Shown: piece after piece, positions 1 to 8,604 of the stretch
Layout: each line of letters begins with the position of its first letter
Numbering within the stretch: position 1 is the first letter of the stretch
Assembly (NCBI GenBank): GCA_965223545.1
Contig: OZ245006.1
Location: 7,008,001-7,072,000 of the forward strand
Reading direction: 5' to 3'
DNA: 64,000 nucleotides
Origin: Planctomycetota bacterium
GTDB taxonomy: Bacteria; Planctomycetota; UBA1135; UBA2386
The notes under the pieces: generated by a model
Told to the model about the DNA's origin: nothing
The model's input: the letters and a program-made list of their open reading frames with translations, nothing else
The model's database searches: none
Program-made: the position numbers and the translations under genes

Positions 1-650
1 AACACCTGCGGGTCGAACACGGAGTAGTCGTAGGCGCCGATCGAGTCGAGGTCGCGAATCAGGGGCTGCCGCGGTCCGCGGAGGATGCTGCCGCCAGGTG
101 CGCGCACGGCGGTGCCCTCGATCTCGGCCAGGCGGTCGCGCGCGCCAGCGGCGACCGCCGAGGCCACGCGCGGCAGCACCAGGTCGGACTCGCCGGTGAT
201 CAACGCGTCGAGCCCGGCAAAGCGATCGAGGACCAGTTCCGGCGCGGCCGTGGCCTGCAGGCCGCCGGCGACGTGCAGTGCCGTCGAGCGCACCCGCTGC
301 ATCAGCTCGTGGCCGTGCTGGATGTTGACGTACTCGCCCTCGCCGTGGATGTGCGAGGACAACGCCGCCCAGAACACGACGTCGGGCGCGAACGCGTCGA
401 TCGCCCCCTGCAGCGCCTCGCCGACCGGAGTGTCCGACCAGACGATGAAGCGCTCGTAGTCGGTCGGCCGGTACTGCTTGTTCAGCGTGTTGTAGCGGTT
501 CTCGTCCTGCGACCAGTCGCGGTAGAACGTCGCGTCGAACAGCCGCACCTCGTGCCCGGCGTCGCGCAGGGCGGCCGCATGGGCGGGGATCCAGATCGAG
601 GTGATGCCGCGGCCCCAGCGGTTGGGTTGAAGCAGCAGAACTCTGGCCAA
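1..650 (-). CDS. Cobalamin-binding radical SAM protein, N-terminal part (runs off the window)
   Basis: Manual translation from TTG at 650: MARVLLLQPNRWGRG...AALRDAGHEVRLFD...FAPDVV...VAGGLQAT...GESD...RDLDSIGAYDYSVF, typical of a B12-binding domain preceding a radical SAM core. The CxxxCxxC motif is not visible in the window. Confidence 0.75.
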   Translation of the reverse strand, partial: MARVLLLQPNRWGRGITSIWIPAHAAALRDAGHEVRLFDATFYRDWSQDENRYNTLNKQYRPTDYERFIVWSDTPVGEALQGAIDAFAPDVVFWAALSSHIHGEGEYVNIQHGHELMQRVRSTALHVAGGLQATAAPELVLDRFAGLDALITGESDLVLPRVASAVAAGARDRLAEIEGTAVRAPGGSILRGPRQPLIRDLDSIGAYDYSVFDPQV

Positions 651-766
651 GGTCGGTGTCCCGTCGGGGGGGGAAGGCCACCGGCGAGCGGTGGTTCACT
701 CCATGCCATCGGCAGTCGACGCGATCGCGCTTGAGAGGCAATCCCGCGCGGCGCGGGTCCGCGCCG

Positions 767-1948
767 TCAGCAGCGTTGGCCCGCGAGCGCGGCCAACAGC
801 CGCAGCTGGTCCCTGGCGACGGAGTCGGGATCGGCGTGCGCTTGCAGCCATGCGCGTCCGGCCGTGCCTTGCTCGGCGGCCGCGGTCGGATCGCGCAGCA
901 GGGACAGCGTGTGTGCGGCCAACCCGGCCTCGTCCTCGGCCACCAGCACGGGGGCGCCGTCGAGTCCGCGTTTGCCGAGGGCGTTGCAGACCACCGGCAG
1001 GCCGTGCGCCATCGCGGTCATCACCTTGATGCGGACGCCGCCGCCGGTGAACACCGGTGCAAGCAGCAGGCGGGCGTCTGCCAGCAGCTCGGTGAGCACC
1101 GGGCTGGGACCGCGGACGTGGACGCCGGCGCCGAGATCCTCGCCCAGGCGCTCGGGGGCACGCGTGCCGCAGATGTGGAGCTCGGCGTCGGGCATCCCGG
1201 ATCGCACGCGCGGCCAGACGCGGGTCGCGACGAAGCGCGCCGCGACCGCGTTCGGTGGGTGCACGAAGTGGCCGAGAAACACGGCCCGCGGCGGGGTGTC
1301 CGCTGGCCGCAGCGGGGTCGCCGGAATCGGCACGGCGGGCGGGCGCACGGCGACGGGTTGGCCGATGCGCGCTTGGATCGAGGCGGCGTCCACCTGGTTC
1401 AGCGCCTGCACGGCGGAGGCTGCTGGGTAGAGCCCCTCGACGAACGCCGCCCACAGCCGCGCGTCGCGGGCCCTGCCGATGCCGAGCGGCGCCGCCGCTG
1501 CCGGTTCGGGTGCACCGTCTTCGTGGTCGGTGAACAGGGTCGGCGTGCCGCAGAGGAACGGCAGGTACTGGGCCATCGGCGCGAACTCGACCAGAGCCCC
1601 GTCGATCTCACCGGCGGTCGCCGCGCGCCGCAAGGTGGAGGCGAGATCGGGAGACCACAGCTTGGCGGCGAGCAGCGGCGTGTGCCGCCAGAGCCGCAGC
1701 ATCTGCCACCGGTGCCGGGCCCGCGACCAGCCGCGCAGCTCGTGGGTGTGGCGGTGGGGGATCACCACGTGCCGGGCGCCGGGGCACTGGACGTTGCCGT
1801 GATCCTCGGGTGAGCGCAGCGCGTAGACGGTGACTGCGGCCTGCTCGGCGAGGGCGCGGACCAGTGTTCCCAACAGGACCCCGCCGCCGTGCGGCGCGTC
1901 GGGGTGCGGAGCAAAGGGAGTGACGACGGCGACCCGCACGCCGGCCAA
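767..1948 (-). CDS. Glycosyltransferase family 4 (GT-B)
   Basis: FLGHFVHPPN...WPRV...GGGVRIKVMTAMAHGLPVV motifs. Confidence 0.85.
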   Translation of the reverse strand: MAGVRVAVVTPFAPHPDAPHGGGVLLGTLVRALAEQAAVTVYALRSPEDHGNVQCPGARHVVIPHRHTHELRGWSRARHRWQMLRLWRHTPLLAAKLWSPDLASTLRRAATAGEIDGALVEFAPMAQYLPFLCGTPTLFTDHEDGAPEPAAAAPLGIGRARDARLWAAFVEGLYPAASAVQALNQVDAASIQARIGQPVAVRPPAVPIPATPLRPADTPPRAVFLGHFVHPPNAVAARFVATRVWPRVRSGMPDAELHICGTRAPERLGEDLGAGVHVRGPSPVLTELLADARLLLAPVFTGGGVRIKVMTAMAHGLPVVCNALGKRGLDGAPVLVAEDEAGLAAHTLSLLRDPTAAAEQGTAGRAWLQAHADPDSVARDQLRLLAALAGQRC

Positions 1949-2014
1949 GGGTACGAGCTGACCGGTGGAAGCGGTGGGGCGATCGGCGCGCTTTTCTCGC
2001 GCTGCCCGCGGGCG

Positions 2015-2425
2015 TCAGGTGGCGCGCTTGGCGGCCACCGAGCGCTCGATCAAGGTGTCCAGCACGTCGAGATCGATGTCCGCGAGCGAGCGCACGTAGA
2101 GGCAGGCCTTGCCGGTCTTGAACTTGCCGAGCCGCTTCAGCAGCGTGGCGTGCTCGCGAAAGCCGTCCATGATGTACAGGGTCAGGGCCTGCTTGCGCGG
2201 GGAGAACCCGGTCAAGAACCAGGTCCCCTCCCGGCCGCTGGCGTAGCGGTAGTCGCAGCTGCCGAAGCCGACGATCGCGGCACCCCACATCGCCGGTTTG
2301 GCGCCCGTGGCGGCGCGCATCATCTTGGCGACCGTCTTGCAGTCGCGGCGGCGGTCCGGGTCCTCGATCCCGTTGAGGAACGCCTGCACGCTGGCGGTGG
2401 TCTTGGTGGTCTTGAGTTCGGCCAT
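2015..2425 (-). CDS. DUF1801 (YdhG-like) protein
   Basis: MWGAAIVGFGS.YRYASGREG.W..GFSPRK..LTLY, LGKFKTGKACLY. Confidence 0.9.
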   Translation of the reverse strand: MAELKTTKTTASVQAFLNGIEDPDRRRDCKTVAKMMRAATGAKPAMWGAAIVGFGSCDYRYASGREGTWFLTGFSPRKQALTLYIMDGFREHATLLKRLGKFKTGKACLYVRSLADIDLDVLDTLIERSVAAKRAT

Positions 2426-2800
2426 GCGCTCAGAGCATACGCGCGGCCCCGGCCGGGTGGCTGGCCCGCCGATCGCTGTCGGCGCTCCGAGGTCGCGCGA
2501 GTGCGGGCAAGTCCGGGGGCCTTTCCGCCCCGAGATTCTGTCGGGGGCAACGCCTTGTCTCCGCCATGCGATCGCCGCAACTGGTACCTCAAAAGCCGCT
2601 TATGGCGTTGCCTCTCGGCGTGGGGCAGGCCGGTCGGCGCTGGCGCCGGCGCCGGGGTTTTGCCATAATGCCGCGCGCAACCGCCCCGGTGCCCGGCGGG
2701 CGTCCTCCTCCTGAGCCGCACCCCTGCGAACAATTGCCCGGGCTATTTTCCTCAAATCGATAAAACGCGGCCGCCGGCTCGCACCCGGCCCGGCAATCCC

Positions 2801-4414
2801 ATGGATCAGACTCTGAAGGCGCTCGTTCGGTACTTGGAGGAGGGAAAACCCGAGCTGAAGATCGCGGCGACCCAAGTGCTGGGGGAACTGGCGCCGAAGG
2901 ACGCGGCGGTCGCCAAGGCGCTGGCGGAGCGCCTGTCGCGCGAGGAGTCGTTCTTGACTCCGTTCGTGTTGGAGGCCCTGGGGCGGATCCACACGCCGGA
3001 ATCGGTCGCGGTGTTGGTCGAGCGGTTGCACGTCGGCGGCACCGTCGCCGAGCGCGTGACCCACTTGTTGACCCACATGGGCGGCGGCGTGGTCAAGGCG
3101 TTGGCACCGATGTTCGACGGGGCGGACGCCGAGCTGCGTGACCGAATCCTCAGCATCGTCGGCGGGCAGCGCGACAAGGACGCGGTGCAGTTCTTGCTGA
3201 AGGCGCTGCTGCACCACGATCCGGCGATCTCGGAGAAGGCCCGCGAGGTGATGGCGGTGCAGGTCGACGAGTTCGGCGAGAAGGAGCGCGCCGCGGTCAA
3301 GTCCGGCCTGGACAAGGCGCTCGCCGCCAACAAGGTGTCGTCGCTGACCCCGGTCGCGATCGCCGACGCGGTCGGCGTGTTGGGGCGGCTGGATGCCGCC
3401 GGTAGCCGCGCGACGCTGCTGCGGTTCGCCACGCCGAAGCACGAGGGTATCGTCCGCCAGGCCGCGCTGCGGGCACTGGAGGACGTTGCGCTGACCCCGG
3501 CGCAAGCGGCCACGGTGGTGTCGTACGTGAAGGAGGACGACATGACCCACGTCGTGCGGCCGGCGATGCAGGTGCTCGATGGCCGCACCGAGTGGAACGC
3601 GTCGGCTGGCGACACGCTCGGTCGCCTGCTCGACAGCGATAGCGAGGAGCGCGCACTGTTCGCTCTGCGTGCGCTGCGCGGGCGGCGCACCGAGGCGATG
3701 GCCAACCACTGCCTCAAGTTCTTGTTCGACGACGAGGCCGAGTTCCAGCGCGCTGCGGCCGAGGCCCTGGCCGCCAACTCCGCCGCGCTGAAGCCGCTGC
3801 TGAAGGCGCTGCAGGGTGAGCGCAGCGTCGACCGAGCGCGCCTGCTGAGCAGGCCGCTCGCCGCGCTGGCGGCCAAGCTGACCGCGGCGCAGCTGAAGAG
3901 CTTGATCGAGAAGACGGCCAAGCTGGTCACTGCCGGCGAGCCGATGGGCGACGTCTACCTGAGTGTCGTTGCCGCGGCACCGGACGGGCCCGGGCAGCTG
4001 GTCGACAAGGCGGTGCGGCTGCGGCGCGCGCGGCGCGTCGACGAGGCCCTCACCCTGATGATTCGGTTGGCGCAGCTCGACCGATTGCCGGACGAGGGGC
4101 GCTACCAAATCGGAGTGGCGCGGTTGATGGCCGATGCCGCGGAGAGCCGGCCCGCCGAGCGCAAGGAAGCCGGCGATGCGACGATGGGCTACTTCGCCCA
4201 CCTGATCCGGGCCGACTTTCCGCTGTTCGAGCGCCTGAAGAAAGAGGGGCAGCTGCGGCCGGAGGATCTCCTCCGGGTGGGACGGCACTTCGCCGAAGGC
4301 GTCGCTCAAGAGCGGCGCGTGGGCGGCCAGCTGCTGCACCTCGTGGCGCAAAAGCACGGCAAGCAGCGCGTCGGCGAGGAGGCCAAACTGATGCTGCGCA
4401 CCGAAGGGCTCTGA
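2801..4414 (+). CDS. HEAT/armadillo-repeat alpha-solenoid protein
   Basis: Repeated helical units (LEALGRI, VRQAALRAL, QRAAAEALA) and a natural codon pattern. Confidence 0.75.
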   Translation: MDQTLKALVRYLEEGKPELKIAATQVLGELAPKDAAVAKALAERLSREESFLTPFVLEALGRIHTPESVAVLVERLHVGGTVAERVTHLLTHMGGGVVKALAPMFDGADAELRDRILSIVGGQRDKDAVQFLLKALLHHDPAISEKAREVMAVQVDEFGEKERAAVKSGLDKALAANKVSSLTPVAIADAVGVLGRLDAAGSRATLLRFATPKHEGIVRQAALRALEDVALTPAQAATVVSYVKEDDMTHVVRPAMQVLDGRTEWNASAGDTLGRLLDSDSEERALFALRALRGRRTEAMANHCLKFLFDDEAEFQRAAAEALAANSAALKPLLKALQGERSVDRARLLSRPLAALAAKLTAAQLKSLIEKTAKLVTAGEPMGDVYLSVVAAAPDGPGQLVDKAVRLRRARRVDEALTLMIRLAQLDRLPDEGRYQIGVARLMADAAESRPAERKEAGDATMGYFAHLIRADFPLFERLKKEGQLRPEDLLRVGRHFAEGVAQERRVGGQLLHLVAQKHGKQRVGEEAKLMLRTEGL

Positions 4415-5192
4415 GCCTCCGGGTCCGCAAATCTTCGCGCGGCGAAAACCTTTCGGAAGGCTCGATGCCGCTGGAACTTCGACAACGCGGCTCCCGGAGG
4501 CTCGAAGACAACACTGGCCTCTGGGCTCAGCGCGGCCGCCGGCGACCGCCGGACCCGCGGCCGATGCTCGGGTCGCGGAATACTCCGTTCTTGGTTGCGG
4601 CCTCGGCCGCGCTGAGCCTCCGGCGCCTCGAATCTTCGAGCTTCGACAACATTTTCGAGGCGACGTCGCTGCCATGGCAACGTCGCCGCGGCGCCGGAGG
4701 CTCGGAGAGACAGTGCCTCCTGGCTCAGCGCGGCGGCGGATGTGTCAGGCCTTCCAAGCTGCTCCGGAAAAAGCGGCATCCGAGTCTGGTTGCGGCCGTG
4801 GCCGCGCTGAGCCTCAGGGTCCACAAATCTTCGCGCGGCGACAACCTTTCCGAAGGCTCGATGCCGCTGGAACTTCGACAACGCAGCTCCCGGAGGCTCG
4901 AAGACAACACTGGCGTCTGCGCTCAGCGCGGCCGGCCGGCAAAGTGGGAATCGCGGGCACTGCTACTGTCGCGGTGACACTCCGTCTTTGGTTGCAGCCC
5001 TGGCCGCGCTGAGCGTCCGGGGCCGAGAATCTTCGCGCGGCGACAACCTTTCCGAAGGCCGGTCGTCGTCAGGACTTCGATACTGCAACTCCCGGACGCT
5101 CGAAAGCAACACTGGCGTCTGCGCTCAGCGCGGCCGGCCGGCAAAGTGGGAATCGCGGGCACTGCTACTGTCGCGGTGACACTCCGTCTTTG
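4411..5192. repeat. Mosaic array of four ~200-bp structured repeat units (REPIN/BIME-like), left part of locus A
   Basis: (G)CTGAGC motif at 4411, 4611, 4806 and 5008; each unit is bounded by GGCCGCGCTGAGC...GCTCAGCGCGG(CC); homologous array at 55518-60300. Confidence 0.9.
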
Positions 5193-5207
5193 ATATCTCC
5201 TAAGTCA

Positions 5208-5213
5208 TGTCAA
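5208..5213 (-). promoter_or_regulatory. Outward-facing -35 box (TTGACA) completing a sigma70-like promoter on circularisation
   Basis: The joined ends give TTGACA-N17-TATGTG, with the -10-like hexamer at 7125-7130. Confidence 0.6.
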
Positions 5214-5255
5214 GGGGTTTTCGCTGGGGCTCGACATCGCGTGTGCACGGCTTGT

Positions 5256-6758
5256 TCAGGACTCTTCCACAAGACCAGGGAAGTGTTCTTGCATGAGATC
5301 ACCGATCGGGTGAGGTTGACGTGGGGATTCCACGGCCAGGCCTGTGGCGTCCATTGGGCGGCCACTCAAGTCCCTCGTCGTCGGAGTCCCCACTCGTCCC
5401 TGTCGCCGTTGGTCGCGCTCATGCCGCTGTGGCGCGACGATGCTGCGCGTGAACTTGGCTGCGATGAGCGCGCGCGCGGCAACCTTCGTGAGCTCGTTGC
5501 CGTCGGCGTCTCGCAGGACGTAGCGGACTTGCGTCGACGCCGGCTTGTCATCGGCGCGCTGGCTGTCGCGACGCTTCAGGAGGGCGTAGACGCGGCGCGC
5601 CATCTTGCCAGCCAATGCGATGAGGATGAGGTTGTGGTGATCACCTGCGGCGTAGCGGCGAGCGTAGTACGCCGCGAAATCCGGATCCCACTGGCGAGCG
5701 ACGTCAGCTGCTAGGTAGAGGTACTTCTTGAGTACTCGTTGGCCGGTTTTGGTGATTGGCATCGAGGGGTCGCTCATGCCCGTCTGCTTCCGGCGTGGAC
5801 ACAGTCCGCAGTAGCTCACGAACTTCTTGCCGTTCGAGAACCGCGCGATGTCGCCTACCAAGGCTTCGATGGCCGCAGCGATCGTGGGACCGACGCCGCG
5901 CAGTTGCTCGAGTGTTCGGTCAGGATCGACGCCCAGGTAGAGCTTCTTGATCTTTGCGTCGAGCTTGCGAACGTCCGTGTTCTTGCGCTCGATCTCATCC
6001 AGCTCGTACACCACATCCTCTTGGATGGCCTCGTAGTCGAACGGCATCTGCCCCGCAGCTCGCAGCTCAGCGTAGTACTCGGCGGCCTGTCGGCAGGACT
6101 CGAGCACGCGGTCGACCAAGCACGGGTCATGCGTTCCCTTGGATCGCTTCGTCAAGAAGCGCTCCAAGCGACTCTTCCCAAGGCCGACCGCTTTCACCGG
6201 ATCGACGTAGCGCCGCAGAAACCCCATCTTAGCGGCACTGAACTTCTCTGCCCCCAAGGCCTTCATGAGGCTGGGATTCGCCAGTACCAGTATCGCGTGC
6301 ACACGACGCTTGTGGTCGCTGAGCTCGCGCGCCAACCGCTCACGCCGCTTCACGAGTCGACGGATCGTCGTCTCGTCGGCAGTTGGAACACGCAGCTGGT
6401 GGACGCCCTTTGGATCCATCTGCGGCAGACGCGCAGCGGCCTCGGCGTCTACTACGTCGGTTTTGGTGTGCTTGCTATAGAACTTCCGCAGGTCGCTCAG
6501 CTTCTGTGGTTTGCTCACGTAGATCTGGAACCCTGCGGCGTTCACGTGCGCCGCGATGGGCAGCCACGCCAACCCCGTTGGTTCCATCACGAAGCTCACC
6601 GGACCCTCGGCACCTTCCTGTGCACGGCGCAGCAGAAGGTCAATACCCTCACGGCTGTTCTCGACTGAAAACGGTCTGCCCCGAGACTTCGCACCATCCA
6701 GAACGACGGCTCGGTGCTTGCTCCTCAAGCCGAGATCCAATCCAACGAATCGATTCAT
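5256..6758 (-). CDS. IS110-family DEDD recombinase/transposase, 500 aa
   Basis: GLDLG, MEPTG and KTDVVDA (DEDD); GVGPTIAA...RFSNGKKFVSYCGLCP...QTG Tnp domain; C-terminal extension. Confidence 0.95.
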   Translation of the reverse strand: MNRFVGLDLGLRSKHRAVVLDGAKSRGRPFSVENSREGIDLLLRRAQEGAEGPVSFVMEPTGLAWLPIAAHVNAAGFQIYVSKPQKLSDLRKFYSKHTKTDVVDAEAAARLPQMDPKGVHQLRVPTADETTIRRLVKRRERLARELSDHKRRVHAILVLANPSLMKALGAEKFSAAKMGFLRRYVDPVKAVGLGKSRLERFLTKRSKGTHDPCLVDRVLESCRQAAEYYAELRAAGQMPFDYEAIQEDVVYELDEIERKNTDVRKLDAKIKKLYLGVDPDRTLEQLRGVGPTIAAAIEALVGDIARFSNGKKFVSYCGLCPRRKQTGMSDPSMPITKTGQRVLKKYLYLAADVARQWDPDFAAYYARRYAAGDHHNLILIALAGKMARRVYALLKRRDSQRADDKPASTQVRYVLRDADGNELTKVAARALIAAKFTRSIVAPQRHERDQRRQGRVGTPTTRDLSGRPMDATGLAVESPRQPHPIGDLMQEHFPGLVEES

Positions 6759-6789
6759 GTCCCCTCCATGTTCAACGAGTGAGTGTCGA

Positions 6790-7115
6790 CGAGAGGACTC
6801 TCCCTACCCGCGCAGTCCGCCTGAGGAGGCGAGTCGCCAAAACGGTTCGTGTTTCGGGGCCGTGATTTCTCACGCCGCCAATCTCCTAAATCGGGTCCCC
6901 CACGCGGGAGGAGAGTCGCAGAACCAAATGAGGGGCCGCTCGAAGCGCCACCATTGCGGCAGATCGCGAAACCTCTCCGTCGCACGCCGGGGGACCCTAA
7001 GCTCTCTTGCGGCCGATGACCAGACTCCCGACACGACTCCTGCGGCTGCACCATCGCGCGAGTCTTCCACACCGCTACGGCGCGACGGGTGTGGAGAACT
7101 CTAGCTTCGCAGATC
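6790..7115 (-). ncRNA. Predicted bridge RNA of IS110 element 1 (boundaries approximate)
   Basis: Nested stems (6893-6900/6990-6997; CGTGA-GAAA-TCACG at 6861-6874). Loop segments match the target (6954-6960, 6922-6928) and the element ends (6881-6889, 6841-6846). Confidence 0.7.
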
Positions 7116-7132
7116 ATGGAACCACACATACC

Positions 7133-7167
7133 GTTGCGGCCCTGGCCGCGCTGAGCGTCCGGGGCCG
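7133..7167. repeat. Right remainder of repeat locus A
   Basis: GTTGCGGCCCTGGCCGCGCTGAGCGTCCGGGGCCG, nearly identical to 4991-5025. Confidence 0.9.
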
Positions 7168-7192
7168 CTCGCTCGCGAACGGCCCCCCTGCC

Positions 7193-7972
7193 TCACGCGA
7201 TTGCGGCTGCGGCTCCGGTGCGCACGGTTTGCGCTGCCAGCTGCGCGAACCCCGGCTGGCCCGGGCCGAGAAGGACGACCACGGTCGAGCCGAGTCCGAA
7301 TCGCCCGAGCTCGTCGCCGCGCACGACGTCTCCCGGCACCGCGCAGGTGCGCACCGTGTCCGACACGTTGAGGGCGGCGACCAGGACGACCGCTGCGGCG
7401 CGGCCGTCGGGCAGCCGGGCCTCGAGCACCAAGCGCTCGTTGCGGATGAACAGCTGGGGGATGCTGCGCACGGCGCCCGCATTCACCGGAAACAGGCCGC
7501 CGGGGACGTGGCGCTCGGCGACGATGCGGGCGTCGAACGGTGCGTGGATGCGGTGGTAGTCGCCCGGGGCGAGGTAGACCGTGGCCTGGGAGCCGCCGGC
7601 GAGCCGTTCGGCCAGCGCCGCGTCGGCGACCAGGTCGGCGACGGCGTAGTCGATCCCCTTGATCTGCTCGATGTGGCCCCCCTCGACCGGGCCGCAGGAC
7701 GCCAGCCGGCCGTCGGCGGGCCAGACCAGTGGAGTCGTGGCGATGGGCCGGGCACCGGCGCGCAGCGCCCGCTGGAAGAACGCGGCCAGCGATCGGTACT
7801 CCTCGGGCGGATGCTCGGCCTCCGCGAGCGCGGCGCCGTAGCGCCGGGCGAAGGCGCGGAACAGGGCGCCGCGCAGCCAACGCGGTAGCGGCAGGTTGGC
7901 GGCCACCCGCGTGGTGCGCGACAGCGCCACCTTCGGCAAGGCGGTGAGCAGCAGGCGGCGAAGGCGGGCCAC
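7193..7972 (-). CDS. psd: Phosphatidylserine decarboxylase
   Basis: PADG, QIKG, YLAPGDYHRIHAP, RNER and FGLGSTVV (LGST cleavage motif); GTG start inferred. Confidence 0.92.
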   Translation of the reverse strand: MARLRRLLLTALPKVALSRTTRVAANLPLPRWLRGALFRAFARRYGAALAEAEHPPEEYRSLAAFFQRALRAGARPIATTPLVWPADGRLASCGPVEGGHIEQIKGIDYAVADLVADAALAERLAGGSQATVYLAPGDYHRIHAPFDARIVAERHVPGGLFPVNAGAVRSIPQLFIRNERLVLEARLPDGRAAAVVLVAALNVSDTVRTCAVPGDVVRGDELGRFGLGSTVVVLLGPGQPGFAQLAAQTVRTGAAAAIA

Positions 7973-8052
7973 CGCCGGAGCGTCGCGTGGGCGGTGGGGT
8001 GCGTCAAGCTTGGCGCTTGTGTGGGTGTGGCGCAGGCCGGAGAATCGAGAGC

Positions 8053-8604
8053 ATGCGCAGCAGCTGGATCGTCGGTGGGGCGTGCTTCGCACAGCTCGCC
8101 GGGTGTGCGCCCGAGCCGCCGAAGCCGGTCGACGCCGATGCCCTCGTGCTCGAGCTCGGTGGACAGCACCGCCTGCTGTCCGAGGCCCTCGCGGCGGTCG
8201 CGCCGGGTGGCGCGCGGAAGCCGGCGCCCGCCGCCGCGCAGCCGAGCACTGGTGCGCCGCGCGAGGCCACCGCCGATCGGCGTCCCGCCGCGAGTGGCGC
8301 GGATCCGGCGGCCAATCGGGTGCCGGCCGAGTCCCCGCCGGGGCCGGACTCGGAGCCGGCGCAGGTGCCGGATTACGACGAGGTTGGAACGCCGGTAGAG
8401 AGTGCCGCGGCCGAGCCGCCGCCGGCGCCGATCGGTCCTCGCCGCGAGGTGAGTCTGGACGCCGGGCAGACCCTGTTCGAGCTGGCCCGGGTGCACCTAG
8501 GCGACGGCAACCGCTTCCACGAGCTGTTGGAACTCAACGGCTGGAGCGAGGCGCAGGCGCGGCGACTGCCGGTCGGCACCGTGGTGCAGCTACCGCCGCG
8601 CTGA
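8053..8604 (+). CDS. LysM-domain lipoprotein with Pro/Ala-rich linker
   Basis: Lipobox LAGC; C-terminal GQTLFELARVHLGDGNRFHELLELNG...LPVGTVVQLP. Confidence 0.75.
   Translation: MRSSWIVGGACFAQLAGCAPEPPKPVDADALVLELGGQHRLLSEALAAVAPGGARKPAPAAAQPSTGAPREATADRRPAASGADPAANRVPAESPPGPDSEPAQVPDYDEVGTPVESAAAEPPPAPIGPRREVSLDAGQTLFELARVHLGDGNRFHELLELNGWSEAQARRLPVGTVVQLPPR

Larger units (their letters stand above)
5193..7132 (-). mobile_element. IS110-family insertion sequence (long non-coding left end) inserted in a repeat unit
   Basis: Removing 5193-7132 restores CTCCGTCTTTG|GTTGCGGCCCTGGCCGCGCTGAGC, as in the intact unit at 4980-5014; no TSD. Confidence 0.9.

Noticed and set aside
2426..2800. Riboswitch/ncRNA in the intergenic region with a GGCAACGCC/GGCGTTGCC inverted pair
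   Set aside because: Only a 9-bp IR in GC-rich DNA and no recognisable family motif.
4465..5179. ORFs across the repeat arrays (also 59689-60351 and 55468-56038)
   Set aside because: A 202-bp unit breaks the frame, substitutions preserve base pairing rather than codons, and there are no protein motifs.
4411..5192. CRISPR array interpretation of the repeats
   Set aside because: Period ~200 bp, intervening sequences are themselves repeated, motifs occur as inverted pairs, and no cas genes are present.
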